Source: a virus. Taken from it: 64,000 bases of DNA. Positions 1 through 9,648 of this stretch are shown here, piece by piece. The DNA is taken from IMG/VR virus record IMGVR_UViG_3300021964_000039, positions 1 through 64,000 of that record; one strand, 5' to 3'. The position numbers were made by a program, and so were the translations under genes. Under the pieces are notes generated by a model. That model had not been told where the DNA came from. It ran no database searches and saw only the letters and a list, made by a program, of their open reading frames with translations. Positions within the stretch are counted from its first letter, which is position 1; each line of letters opens with the position of its first letter.

Positions 1-2265
1 TCTGCTTTTGTATCTATAGTGAATATACCCGGATATGATAGCGTCACTGTTGATAATTTAAGCATTTCCGGAGTCAGAGGTACTGACTTAATTTATAACG
101 GTGATAATAGTTTAGCTCTTACAAATCGTATGTGGCAAGACTATCAACTTAGTACATACTCAATAGTAAATGGCCAGCTTAATATTGGCTCATCTTCAAA
201 CGGTGGTATTTTTGCATATATGCCTACACAAAAAGGAATAGTCTATAATTACAGCTTTGATTTAGTTCAATATAACTCGCCTGCAAGTACTCCTAGTTTA
301 CAGATTAGTGACGACGCACGGAGTGCAGAAACTTATGTCGACAGACAACTAGATACTGAAACTCCAGGCACTACTATTACAGGAACATTTGTTGCCAAAA
401 GCACAGGTACTGAGTTCAGGATAGGAAATATTGATAATGGTGATTTACTAATATTAGATAATTTTGAAGTGACTCCAGTGCCTGGACAAAATGATGTATT
501 AATAGAACCTGGAAAGATTAGTTTTGATGTTAATCCTGGATTCAACAGTATTGCGCTAGGCGGGCTCACAGGTGAAACAGCAATATTAGTAGGACATACT
601 GGAGATACTTTCTTAAGGACTACTATTGATGAACAACCTACTAGTACACTAGGTCCAAGTTCGTTTACAGAACAGCCAGCAGTACCTTTAGCAAGTGAAG
701 TTGCCAGCACAGGCTTTAATTGGGTTGACATTGCATATGGCGCAGGTGCATGGGTAGCAATAGATGAAAATGGATCAGTTACAGTAAGTTTAGATGATGG
801 ATTTACTTGGACAACATATTTCAATTCTTTCGATTTAGATGGTATAGAAACATTAGCTACTATCACTTTTGGTAACAATGCGTTTGTTGTTACAATTAAC
901 GATGGGGATAGAATGTTTGTTAGTGCTGATAAAGGTGCTACATGGGATGACAAAGAAATTATCAATGACTCAACTAGAAAAAATTGGATAGGATCTTATT
1001 CACAAGGTGTATTTGTTCTATCAAGTAATACCGGAGATCTAGTATATTCTCAAAATTGTAATACTTGGGAAACACTTCCTTCTGCAACAGGAGTTAATGC
1101 TATTATAGGTGGATATGATGTTAATAATGATCCTATGTGGTTAGCAACAGGTGCTAATCCAGGAGAAGATAGAATCATTACTGGCGGAGCTGTTCCATTA
1201 ATAAGAACTACACAAGCAAGCGGTAACATTAATGAAGTATTCATACTTGATCCAGGTAGCGGACTTACAACTCCTTTAGAAATTACTTTTGATGATCCAG
1301 GGCAGATAACTGAAGTTGAATACGATACAGAAGTAAAAAATAATGTTCTAGGACAACCTTCGTTTAATGATAGAGGTATAGCTTATGTAACTGCTCAATT
1401 TACAGTTACAGGAAATGGATTTGCTGAGATACTTCCGTTTGGTAATAAAATATTCTTAAAAGATGTAAGTAGATTGCCAGGTCCAGGTGATAACCTTAGG
1501 ATAGCTTCTATACCTGATACAATATTTTCAGTAACAAAAATTATTAATAGTTCGGGCAATGGACCTTTTGATTTAGAAATAAATCTTATTCCAAATATTG
1601 GAAGAAATGAATCACCAGATCACGATGAAGATATTAGTATTAGACAAAAGTATAGCCAGATTAGATTAACTGGTCATGACTTCTTAGATATAGGAAGTGG
1701 TAATTTTGATGATACAAATTACCCTGATTTATATGTATTTGGACAGACTAGTGCTAATAATACTCAACAGTTTAATGAAATTGATGAGTACGACGGTGGT
1801 AGAGTTTTCTATACAAGTACTGACCAAGATGGTAACTTTAGAGTTGGAGAATTGTTTAGTGTTGAACAGGCAAGAGGAACAGTAACTCTTAGTGCAGACT
1901 TTTTTGAAATTGATGGATTGACTGAACTTAGATTAGGTGCAATTAGAATCGGTGGAACTAATGCTGTTATTAACGAATTTAGTATAGATGCTACTTTTGC
2001 TGATAACAGTGATAATATTATTCCTACACAAAAAGCGATTAAAACTTATCTTGAAAATAGATTTTCAGGAGGTGGTGCAAATGTTAACACAAATACATTG
2101 CTTGCAGGTAGTGTAGAAATTACAGGATCACAAATTGGTTCTTTAGCTAATCTTACTGTGAATATTAATAATGTAGTTGACATAAACAAAGGTGTTAACG
2201 GTACGATGGCAGCAATGGCAATGTTTAATGCCGCTGGTATTAAGCAAGATATGGTAAATGGATAA
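1..2265 (+). CDS. Large virion structural/tail-appendage protein, 5'-truncated by the window edge
   Basis: Frame is open from base 1. Contains BNR/Asp-box-like motifs (SLDDGFTW, SADKGATW). The C-terminal domain QIRLTGHDFLDIG...GGRVFYTSTDQDGNFRVG is typical of T4-like aquatic phage structural proteins and is shared with the next ORF. Confidence 0.7.
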   Translation, partial: SAFVSIVNIPGYDSVTVDNLSISGVRGTDLIYNGDNSLALTNRMWQDYQLSTYSIVNGQLNIGSSSNGGIFAYMPTQKGIVYNYSFDLVQYNSPASTPSLQISDDARSAETYVDRQLDTETPGTTITGTFVAKSTGTEFRIGNIDNGDLLILDNFEVTPVPGQNDVLIEPGKISFDVNPGFNSIALGGLTGETAILVGHTGDTFLRTTIDEQPTSTLGPSSFTEQPAVPLASEVASTGFNWVDIAYGAGAWVAIDENGSVTVSLDDGFTWTTYFNSFDLDGIETLATITFGNNAFVVTINDGDRMFVSADKGATWDDKEIINDSTRKNWIGSYSQGVFVLSSNTGDLVYSQNCNTWETLPSATGVNAIIGGYDVNNDPMWLATGANPGEDRIITGGAVPLIRTTQASGNINEVFILDPGSGLTTPLEITFDDPGQITEVEYDTEVKNNVLGQPSFNDRGIAYVTAQFTVTGNGFAEILPFGNKIFLKDVSRLPGPGDNLRIASIPDTIFSVTKIINSSGNGPFDLEINLIPNIGRNESPDHDEDISIRQKYSQIRLTGHDFLDIGSGNFDDTNYPDLYVFGQTSANNTQQFNEIDEYDGGRVFYTSTDQDGNFRVGELFSVEQARGTVTLSADFFEIDGLTELRLGAIRIGGTNAVINEFSIDATFADNSDNIIPTQKAIKTYLENRFSGGGANVNTNTLLAGSVEITGSQIGSLANLTVNINNVVDINKGVNGTMAAMAMFNAAGIKQDMVNG

Positions 2266-2268
2266 ATA
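2263..2268 (+). promoter_or_regulatory. T4-like late promoter core TAAATA (overlaps the upstream stop codon)
   Basis: Motif recurs before structural genes. Confidence 0.55.
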
Positions 2269-2296
2269 GTTAAAATGTATTATTTTGGAGCAATAA

Positions 2297-5200
2297 ATGG
2301 CTGAATTTAAACTAGGTAGAATTAGATTTGTATGGAAAGGCACCTGGGCAACCACAACGGTGTATTACAAAGATGATGTTATTAGACTGGGTGGTCGTCT
2401 GTACATATGTATAACAGGACACACAAGTTCAGCTAATTTTGATACAGATTCAGCTAACTGGGAAACATTTAGTGATGGTACTACATGGAGAGGTCCTTGG
2501 ACTACTTCAACATATTACGGAATAAATGATATAGTAACTTACGGCGGATATTTGTATATCGCAAACGCAGGTCATACATCTGCAGCCACAAATGCTCTTG
2601 GTTTAGAAGATAATCAATCAGATTGGGATATATTTGCTGAAGGTTTTGATTGGCAAAATAATTGGGGTACAAGCACTAGATACAGAATTAATCAACTTGT
2701 AAAATATGGTGGAGCAGTATACCTATGTAATACAGGTCATACTTCTAATGCAGATCCAAATCTTGGTTTAGAAGCTGATTCCGCTAGTTGGGATTTGCTC
2801 GTTGAAGGACAAGAATGGAAATCCGATTGGACAATCAGCACAAAATATAAAAAATATGACATAGTAAAGTATGGTGGAACACTTTACATATGTAATACAG
2901 GACACGTATCAGCTGCTACAGATGCATTAGGCTTAGAAGATGATCAAGCTAAATGGGACATTTATCAGCAAGCATTTATATATCTGAGTAATTGGTTAAA
3001 CAATACAAGGTATAAAATAAATGATGTTGTTAGATATGGTGGAGATCTTTACATATGTACCCAAGGACATACTTCAGCTGCATTTCTTGAGGACAGTGTA
3101 GCAGGAAGTCTAGGACAAGATTCAGACAAATGGGAAATTTTTGTACCAGGACTACAATGGGACGATAGTTGGAGTCCTGAAACAGTTTATCAGCCAGGTG
3201 ATTTAGTTACATATGGAGGATACGTATATGTATCTCAAACAATTCACGTAGGTACAACTCCAAGTAACGGTAGTGACTGGCAAGTATTTACAACAGGATT
3301 TAAATTTAGAGGCGAGTGGGGAGAAGACTCAACCAACCAAGATTATAGAATAGGTGATGTAGTCAGACGAGGCGGATATACCTATATTGCAACGGTTGAC
3401 AATAATAATATTCCACCACCTGACGTTACAGCCTGGGATATTTTGAACACTGGCATATTATGGCAAGGTGATTGGACCAATGGAGTTATATATGCCGCAG
3501 GTGATGCTGTCAAATACGGAAATAACAGCTATATCTGTGTAGACGATCATACAAGTGATACTGCAACCAACAGACCAGATGTAGATATCAATGGTGATTT
3601 TTGGAACTTATTAGCGGGTGGTGCAGAATCTAGTGCTTTAACAACATCAGGCGACTTGTTATATTATGGTGGCGCAGGACCTACAAGGCTACCAATCGGA
3701 ACTATAGGACAGGCATTAACTGTTAATGCAAACGGAAATCCTGAATGGACTACTTTTGGAACATTAAACGATATTTGGTATGTCGCATTAGAAGGTACTG
3801 ATAATCCTAATCCGACTAATGGTGGAAACTTAGATCGACCGTGGCGTACTATAAAGTATGCTTGCCAACAAATAGATTTAGGTGCAAAAAATCCAAACGC
3901 AAAGCGTTTACTCGAACTAAACAGACAGTTTATACAACGAGAAGTAGTTGAATGGACAGATTATCAAATTGCAAACGATATATTACCTTTCACTAGTGCA
4001 TTTACCTATGATTCAACAAAATGTTATAGAGACATAGGGTACATAGTAGATGCTATGATATATGATATTACACATGGCGGAAACAAAAAAACTAGGGAAG
4101 CAGCAAGTATATATATTACCGGACCTGGACAATTCTATGTATTAGGACAAGAGGAAGAGACAGCAGCATCTATTGAATATGCTATTACTGTGATGGACGC
4201 TGTGTTGAATCAAACTGGACCGGCAACTAACTATCAACAAACTAACTCATACACTCCAGAAGTATTACAAATTACAAGTGGTCTTGTAGCAGAAGCAGGA
4301 ACTGTAGCAACTGTAACAAGTTATACTCAAAATATAGCAGATGTGGTAGCAGCCGGAACACTAGTCGATTTAGATGATCCTATTAGAGTTAATACAAGTA
4401 TTTTTGTTAAGACTGGTACGTTCTTAGAAACACTACCTATACCAGTTCCGGAATTAACTGCAATCGTAGGTGACGAGCTTAGAAGCACAAGAATTCAACC
4501 TAGAGGCAGCACAGTAGCAAGCGGAGATGTTACATACAGTCTAGCTGCTCTTGCACATCTTGAAAGTATAATAGGTGTCGTAGTCCAAGGCAATATTGTT
4601 ACTCCACAAACCAACAATAACGAAAGTCAAATTGCAGGTGTGGATGGTGTACCTTATGCTGATGCAACCGCGGCTACTACTATACAAAATCTTGTGCAAC
4701 AAGCACAGGATTATATTGATTACAGAGTAAACGGTGTATCAGGAGATTCAAGTGCTCCTGCATATGGTGGGTCAAACGATGGTACTGAAAACCAAAATAA
4801 TTACAATGCGGCTAGGCTTATTGAACTTAATAGAACTTTCTTAGTAGAAGATGTAATAAATTATATAGCTCAAACCTATCCAGCATACGTATACGATCAA
4901 GATCAATGTAGGAACGACCTAAATCATTACTTAACTGGATTTAAATGGGATCTACAATACGAAAGTAATTACAGAACGTTAAGTGCTGCTACTGCATATA
5001 TGAACGCCGTTGACGGAAGTTTAGAAGAAAATATGTTCTTATTAAGAAATGGAACAGGATTAAGAAATTGCACTGTTGACGGATTAACTGGTACATTGAG
5101 TGCAGCTAATGCATACGGAACTAGACGTCCAAGTGCAGGTGCATATGCATCATTAGATCCAGGTTGGGGACCAGATGATGAAAGATGCTGGATTACAGCA

Positions 5201-7129
5201 AGATCTCCTTATGTGCAAAATGTAACAACATTCGGTACAGGTTGTGTTGGATTAAAGATTGACGGTGATTTACATGCTGGCGGTAATGACTCTATTGTTG
5301 CAAACGATTTCACGCAGATTATAAGCGACGGTATAGGTGCTTGGGTTACAAACTTAGGACGTTCAGAGCTCGTATCGGTATTCTCATACTATGCTCACAT
5401 AGCTTACCTAGCAGAAAATGGTGGGAAAATACGTGCAACTAACGGTAACAACTCATACGGGGATTATGGATCCGTTGCAGAGGGTGTAGACAGCACTGAA
5501 AATCCTATCACCGCATCTGTAAACAACAGAAGTTTAGATGCACAGATATCAAGAGTGTTAGTCTCAGGAAGTGAAATTATACATGTAGAGTATAGCAATG
5601 CAGGTAGAGAATACACTACAGCAACTTACAACTTTACTGGTCCAGGATTTGGAGCCGCAGTATCTAGTGCAAACATTGAAAACGGCGGTGTATTTGAAGT
5701 TAGATTACGTAACCAAGCAGACGGTTCAACTGTTGGCGACACTTTTGGTGGTGAAGGTTACATAAGTAATGCTAACGTTGCGCAGGAAGGTGATACTACA
5801 ACACTCACACTTTCTGCTACTGAATCTGCTACAGCAGCATCTTATCAAGGAATGAGAATTGTTATTACAGCAGGTACAGGTGTTGGACAATATGGTTATA
5901 TACAAAGTTATGATCCTGCTACTAAGATTGCAACTATTTACAAAGATAGTGATGGCACAGCAGGTTGGGATACTTACAGAACGGGTGTAGCAATTGAAAG
6001 TACACTTAATGCTACTACACAATATATTGTAGAACCTAGAGTTACTTTTGCAGCCCCGGCAAGCGGATTATACGCTGACACAGCCAAAGCAAGAACAAGA
6101 GTTGCATCAAACAAAGTTGTAGAAATATTAATGATTGATCCAGGGAACGGATATACTTCAGCACCTGTATGTACAATTACTGATCCTAATGCTACACTAG
6201 AGGTGCCTATTGAAACAAGAATTGGAAACGGTGTTCTAAATCAGCCTACATTTAGTAACAGAGGAACAGGTTACACAACCAGTGCTTCTACTGTAACTGG
6301 CGATGGTTTCGCAGATTTATTCCAGAGTGGTTCTTCAATTTATGTTGAAGGATTAACTGAAGAACCAGATGCTGGATCTAATATAACTTTTGATAGTTTG
6401 CCGGGACAGTATTATAAGATTGTTACTATTAGAGAGTTAACAGGAACTCCAGATGGATTTGGCGGTTCAATTGCTCCTTACAGTGCTAACTTACAAATTA
6501 GTCCAGATTTAGGGATCGAAGAAGCTCCTAATCATGGCACAAATATTACTATCAGAAGAAGATTTAGTCAAGTAAGATTAACAGGACATGATTTCTTAGA
6601 TATCGGTACTGGTAACTTTGCTAACACAAATTATCCAAATTTACCATTAACTGATCCTGATCCAACATATGAAATTACAGAATCAGGAGGAGGACGAGTG
6701 TTCTACACAAGTACTGACCAAGATGGTAACTTTAGAGTTGGTGGCTTGTTTAATATTGAACAAGCAACTGGTATTGCAACACTCGATGTTGATGCTTTCA
6801 ATCTAGCAGGTTTGCAAGAACTTACTTTGGGTAATATTGCATTAGGATCAACTGGTGCAACAATTACAGAATTTAGTACTGATGGAACATTTACTGCAAA
6901 CTCAGATAATATTGTTCCTACACAAGCAGCAATTATAAGTTACATTGCTAGTCAAATAGGTGGCGGTGCAAGTTCTCTAAACGTAAACAGCTTAACAGCT
7001 GGTGTTGTGGAAATTAGTGGCCAACAAATAACTACAACAACTGGTGTTCCATTAAATATAACATCACCAGTAAATTTCACAGATAGTGTGAGAGGAACAC
7101 CTGTTGCACTAAGCTATTATTTAAGATAA
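2297..7129 (+). CDS. 1610-aa virion structural protein (N-terminal CBM5/12-like repeats, helical modules, beta-helix-like core, conserved C-terminal domain)
   Basis: About 8 repeats of W-x5-Y-x3-D-x-V-x-YGG-x2-YIC-x2-GH-x-S. C-terminal domain paralogous to the upstream ORF. SD GGAG and a TAAATA element upstream. Confidence 0.75.
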   Translation: MAEFKLGRIRFVWKGTWATTTVYYKDDVIRLGGRLYICITGHTSSANFDTDSANWETFSDGTTWRGPWTTSTYYGINDIVTYGGYLYIANAGHTSAATNALGLEDNQSDWDIFAEGFDWQNNWGTSTRYRINQLVKYGGAVYLCNTGHTSNADPNLGLEADSASWDLLVEGQEWKSDWTISTKYKKYDIVKYGGTLYICNTGHVSAATDALGLEDDQAKWDIYQQAFIYLSNWLNNTRYKINDVVRYGGDLYICTQGHTSAAFLEDSVAGSLGQDSDKWEIFVPGLQWDDSWSPETVYQPGDLVTYGGYVYVSQTIHVGTTPSNGSDWQVFTTGFKFRGEWGEDSTNQDYRIGDVVRRGGYTYIATVDNNNIPPPDVTAWDILNTGILWQGDWTNGVIYAAGDAVKYGNNSYICVDDHTSDTATNRPDVDINGDFWNLLAGGAESSALTTSGDLLYYGGAGPTRLPIGTIGQALTVNANGNPEWTTFGTLNDIWYVALEGTDNPNPTNGGNLDRPWRTIKYACQQIDLGAKNPNAKRLLELNRQFIQREVVEWTDYQIANDILPFTSAFTYDSTKCYRDIGYIVDAMIYDITHGGNKKTREAASIYITGPGQFYVLGQEEETAASIEYAITVMDAVLNQTGPATNYQQTNSYTPEVLQITSGLVAEAGTVATVTSYTQNIADVVAAGTLVDLDDPIRVNTSIFVKTGTFLETLPIPVPELTAIVGDELRSTRIQPRGSTVASGDVTYSLAALAHLESIIGVVVQGNIVTPQTNNNESQIAGVDGVPYADATAATTIQNLVQQAQDYIDYRVNGVSGDSSAPAYGGSNDGTENQNNYNAARLIELNRTFLVEDVINYIAQTYPAYVYDQDQCRNDLNHYLTGFKWDLQYESNYRTLSAATAYMNAVDGSLEENMFLLRNGTGLRNCTVDGLTGTLSAANAYGTRRPSAGAYASLDPGWGPDDERCWITARSPYVQNVTTFGTGCVGLKIDGDLHAGGNDSIVANDFTQIISDGIGAWVTNLGRSELVSVFSYYAHIAYLAENGGKIRATNGNNSYGDYGSVAEGVDSTENPITASVNNRSLDAQISRVLVSGSEIIHVEYSNAGREYTTATYNFTGPGFGAAVSSANIENGGVFEVRLRNQADGSTVGDTFGGEGYISNANVAQEGDTTTLTLSATESATAASYQGMRIVITAGTGVGQYGYIQSYDPATKIATIYKDSDGTAGWDTYRTGVAIESTLNATTQYIVEPRVTFAAPASGLYADTAKARTRVASNKVVEILMIDPGNGYTSAPVCTITDPNATLEVPIETRIGNGVLNQPTFSNRGTGYTTSASTVTGDGFADLFQSGSSIYVEGLTEEPDAGSNITFDSLPGQYYKIVTIRELTGTPDGFGGSIAPYSANLQISPDLGIEEAPNHGTNITIRRRFSQVRLTGHDFLDIGTGNFANTNYPNLPLTDPDPTYEITESGGGRVFYTSTDQDGNFRVGGLFNIEQATGIATLDVDAFNLAGLQELTLGNIALGSTGATITEFSTDGTFTANSDNIVPTQAAIISYIASQIGGGASSLNVNSLTAGVVEISGQQITTTTGVPLNITSPVNFTDSVRGTPVALSYYLR
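2330..3610 (+). repeat. Tandem ~50-aa Trp/Tyr-rich (chitin-binding CBM5/12-like) protein repeats
   Basis: Repeated YGGxxYICxxGHTS units in the translation. Confidence 0.65.
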
Positions 7130-7144
7130 CGGAGAAAAAACAAA

Positions 7145-7465
7145 ATGGCAAATGGAATATTAGCATCAGCAGACGTTACAGCGAGTACTCTTGTAACTCT
7201 GTATACAGTTCCGACAGATACATATACTGTTGCAAGTATAAATTTATGTAATCGGACAACAAATGAAGTGACAGTGAGAATAGCACTGTCTACAACCGGT
7301 ACACCAGGCAACGGAGAATACATAGAATATGATACTTCAGTTGTTGCTAACGGTGTGTTAGAACGCACAGGCATAGTATTAAATGACGGTGAAAATATTG
7401 TTGTTTATGCAGGTGGAACAGGCATAAGTGCAAACGTTTACGGTTTAGAAACACCAACAGTATAA
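7145..7465 (+). CDS. Small virion structural protein
   Basis: 106 aa, beta-rich, SD GGAG, inside the structural operon. Confidence 0.6.
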   Translation: MANGILASADVTASTLVTLYTVPTDTYTVASINLCNRTTNEVTVRIALSTTGTPGNGEYIEYDTSVVANGVLERTGIVLNDGENIVVYAGGTGISANVYGLETPTV

Positions 7466-7475
7466 GGAAAAAATA

Positions 7476-7928
7476 ATGGGTAGAAGAGTTACAACATCAA
7501 CGTCACCGGGAATAGTTCTTCCGCGTGGTACTGACGCTCAAAGACCAGCATCTGCATCTCCTGGAGATATTAGATATAATACAGATAGAAATTATATCGA
7601 ATTCTATAACAGCGTAAGTTGGCAGGTTGTAGGTGCATTTGAAAACGTTACTACTTCTTCTAATATAGTCGCATTAAACGGTCAACAAATTTTTGTAGAT
7701 ACAAGTGGAGGCACTGTACAAGTAACACTTCCTGCTTCTCCGTCAGTAGGTGATACAATAAGATTTTTTGATTTACGATTAACATTTGATACTAATGCGC
7801 TAACAATAGCAAGAAATGGTAATGTAATTCAAGGCGATGCAGCGGATATGACAGTATCAACAGAAGGTGCTTCCTTTGATTTAATATATTCAGGAACATC
7901 ATACGGTTGGCGAATATTCTCAGTATAA
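7476..7928 (+). CDS. Tail-fibre-associated protein
   Basis: LPRGTDAQRP...GDIRYNTD...IEFYN and VDTSGG..VTLPASPSVGD motifs typical of T4-like fibre segments. Confidence 0.6.
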   Translation: MGRRVTTSTSPGIVLPRGTDAQRPASASPGDIRYNTDRNYIEFYNSVSWQVVGAFENVTTSSNIVALNGQQIFVDTSGGTVQVTLPASPSVGDTIRFFDLRLTFDTNALTIARNGNVIQGDAADMTVSTEGASFDLIYSGTSYGWRIFSV

Positions 7929-7937
7929 GGAAAAAAA

Positions 7938-8774
7938 ATGGCTAGCTACGCAAGTTATAAGAAAATTACAACTGATAGAGTAGATCCGTTACCAAGTAAC
8001 AAACTTGCACCAGGTGCAGGAACTGCAAACTGTGTTGTTTGGATATACAATAACAGGGGGCTAACAAGGCAGAATTGTGCTAATGGCGGCGGATGTGTAT
8101 GTCAGGCGTGTGGAGCTTCTTGTACATGGACTGTTCCAGATAATGTTCATACAATAACATTTGAAATATGGAGCGGTGGAGGCGGTGGTGCCGGCGTAAG
8201 TTGCTGTAATTGCTGTTGGCACGGTCAACCCGGCGCAGGCGGCAACTATGCTATGAAAACTCTGAATGTTACACCTGGTGATACATATACAATATGTGCA
8301 GGAGGCTCATGGCCGTGTTCAAAGTCTCATACGTGTTTAGCAACAATGGGCTGTGCAAGTTACATTACAGGACCAGGATTAAGTAATTTTTGTGCGCAAG
8401 GCGGCTGTGGCGGTTGTATGCACGGTGGTAGTTGGGGACCACGTGTAAATAACGGCGGATGTGGAAATTGCGGTTGTTGTGGTTGCGGATTTCACGGTGC
8501 TGACTTCGGAGTAATGGGTACAGTAGGACAAATGTCAGGTGGAACAGGTTGTCATTGTAACGGAAGAACAGGATACAATGGTATGGCTCCATTTATTGGA
8601 ACAACCATGGCAAATTACACTACTGAAGCATGGTGTTCATGTGGCTGTTATATTACTTGGCCTGCAGGAGGCGGTACTACAGGGCAAAGTTCGTATTGCG
8701 GGGATAACGCACAATGTTGTGCCGGCGGATCCGGACAAGGAGGATCAGGAATTGTTAAGATTACAATGCAGTGA
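7938..8774 (+). CDS. Cys/Gly-rich putative fibre-tip/adhesin protein, paralog 1
   Basis: About 30 Cys in 278 aa. WTVP...FEIWSGGGGG...GAGG and terminal GGSGIVKIT glycine-rich domain. Confidence 0.65.
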   Translation: MASYASYKKITTDRVDPLPSNKLAPGAGTANCVVWIYNNRGLTRQNCANGGGCVCQACGASCTWTVPDNVHTITFEIWSGGGGGAGVSCCNCCWHGQPGAGGNYAMKTLNVTPGDTYTICAGGSWPCSKSHTCLATMGCASYITGPGLSNFCAQGGCGGCMHGGSWGPRVNNGGCGNCGCCGCGFHGADFGVMGTVGQMSGGTGCHCNGRTGYNGMAPFIGTTMANYTTEAWCSCGCYITWPAGGGTTGQSSYCGDNAQCCAGGSGQGGSGIVKITMQ

Positions 8775-8785
8775 TGGAGTATTAA

Positions 8786-9637
8786 ATGGCAAATTACGGT
8801 AATTATAAGAAAGTTATACCAGATCAATTTGAAGACGGTGCTTTAACAGCAGATAAACTAGCTCCGAAATCAACCAATCAATACTGCGTCTTTTATGTGT
8901 ATAATAATAGGGGATTCACTAGACAGTCATGTTCAAATGGCGGTGGGTGTATATGCCAAGCGTGTGGAGCTTCTTGTACATGGACAGTTCCTGCTAATGT
9001 ATCCAAAGCTATTTTTGAAATATGGAGCGGTGGCGGCGGCGGACCCGGCATCAACTGTTGTGGTACATGTAGTTTTGCTATCGGAGGTGCAGGCGGAAAT
9101 TATGCACTCAAATCTATATCTGTTACACCGGGAGACCAATATGCAATATGTGCCGGAGGTAGTTGGAATTGTGCTAGAGCATACGGTTGTTCAGCAAGTA
9201 TGGGCTGTGCAAGCTACGTGACTGGCAATAATTTGTCAAACTTTTGCGCTCAAGGTGCTCGCGGAGGTTGGATGTGTAATGGTGATGCATGGGGACCAAG
9301 AACCCACGGCACTTGTAATAACTGCGGAGCAGGCGGTTCAAACTGTGGATTTGCCGGTGCTGATTTTGGAATAAACGGCACCGTTGGTTGGAAAATGGGT
9401 CATTCAGGATGCCATTGTCAAGGCGCTGATTTACAGTTTTCAGGAACAGCACCTCTTATAGGAAAAGCAGTTGCTAATTCCCCTACCGAAGCATGGTGTT
9501 CGTGTGGTTGTTATATAAATTGGCCATCAGGAGGCGGTATGCCAGGAGTAAGTTCGTATTGCGGGGATTACGCACAATGTTGTGCAGCTGGGTCTGGTCA
9601 AGGAGGTTCAGGAATTGTTAAGATTACGTTTGCTTAA
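8786..9637 (+). CDS. Cys/Gly-rich putative fibre-tip/adhesin protein, paralog 2
   Basis: About 26 Cys in 283 aa, colinear with paralogs 1 and 3. Confidence 0.65.
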   Translation: MANYGNYKKVIPDQFEDGALTADKLAPKSTNQYCVFYVYNNRGFTRQSCSNGGGCICQACGASCTWTVPANVSKAIFEIWSGGGGGPGINCCGTCSFAIGGAGGNYALKSISVTPGDQYAICAGGSWNCARAYGCSASMGCASYVTGNNLSNFCAQGARGGWMCNGDAWGPRTHGTCNNCGAGGSNCGFAGADFGINGTVGWKMGHSGCHCQGADLQFSGTAPLIGKAVANSPTEAWCSCGCYINWPSGGGMPGVSSYCGDYAQCCAAGSGQGGSGIVKITFA

Positions 9638-9648
9638 GGAAAAAAATA

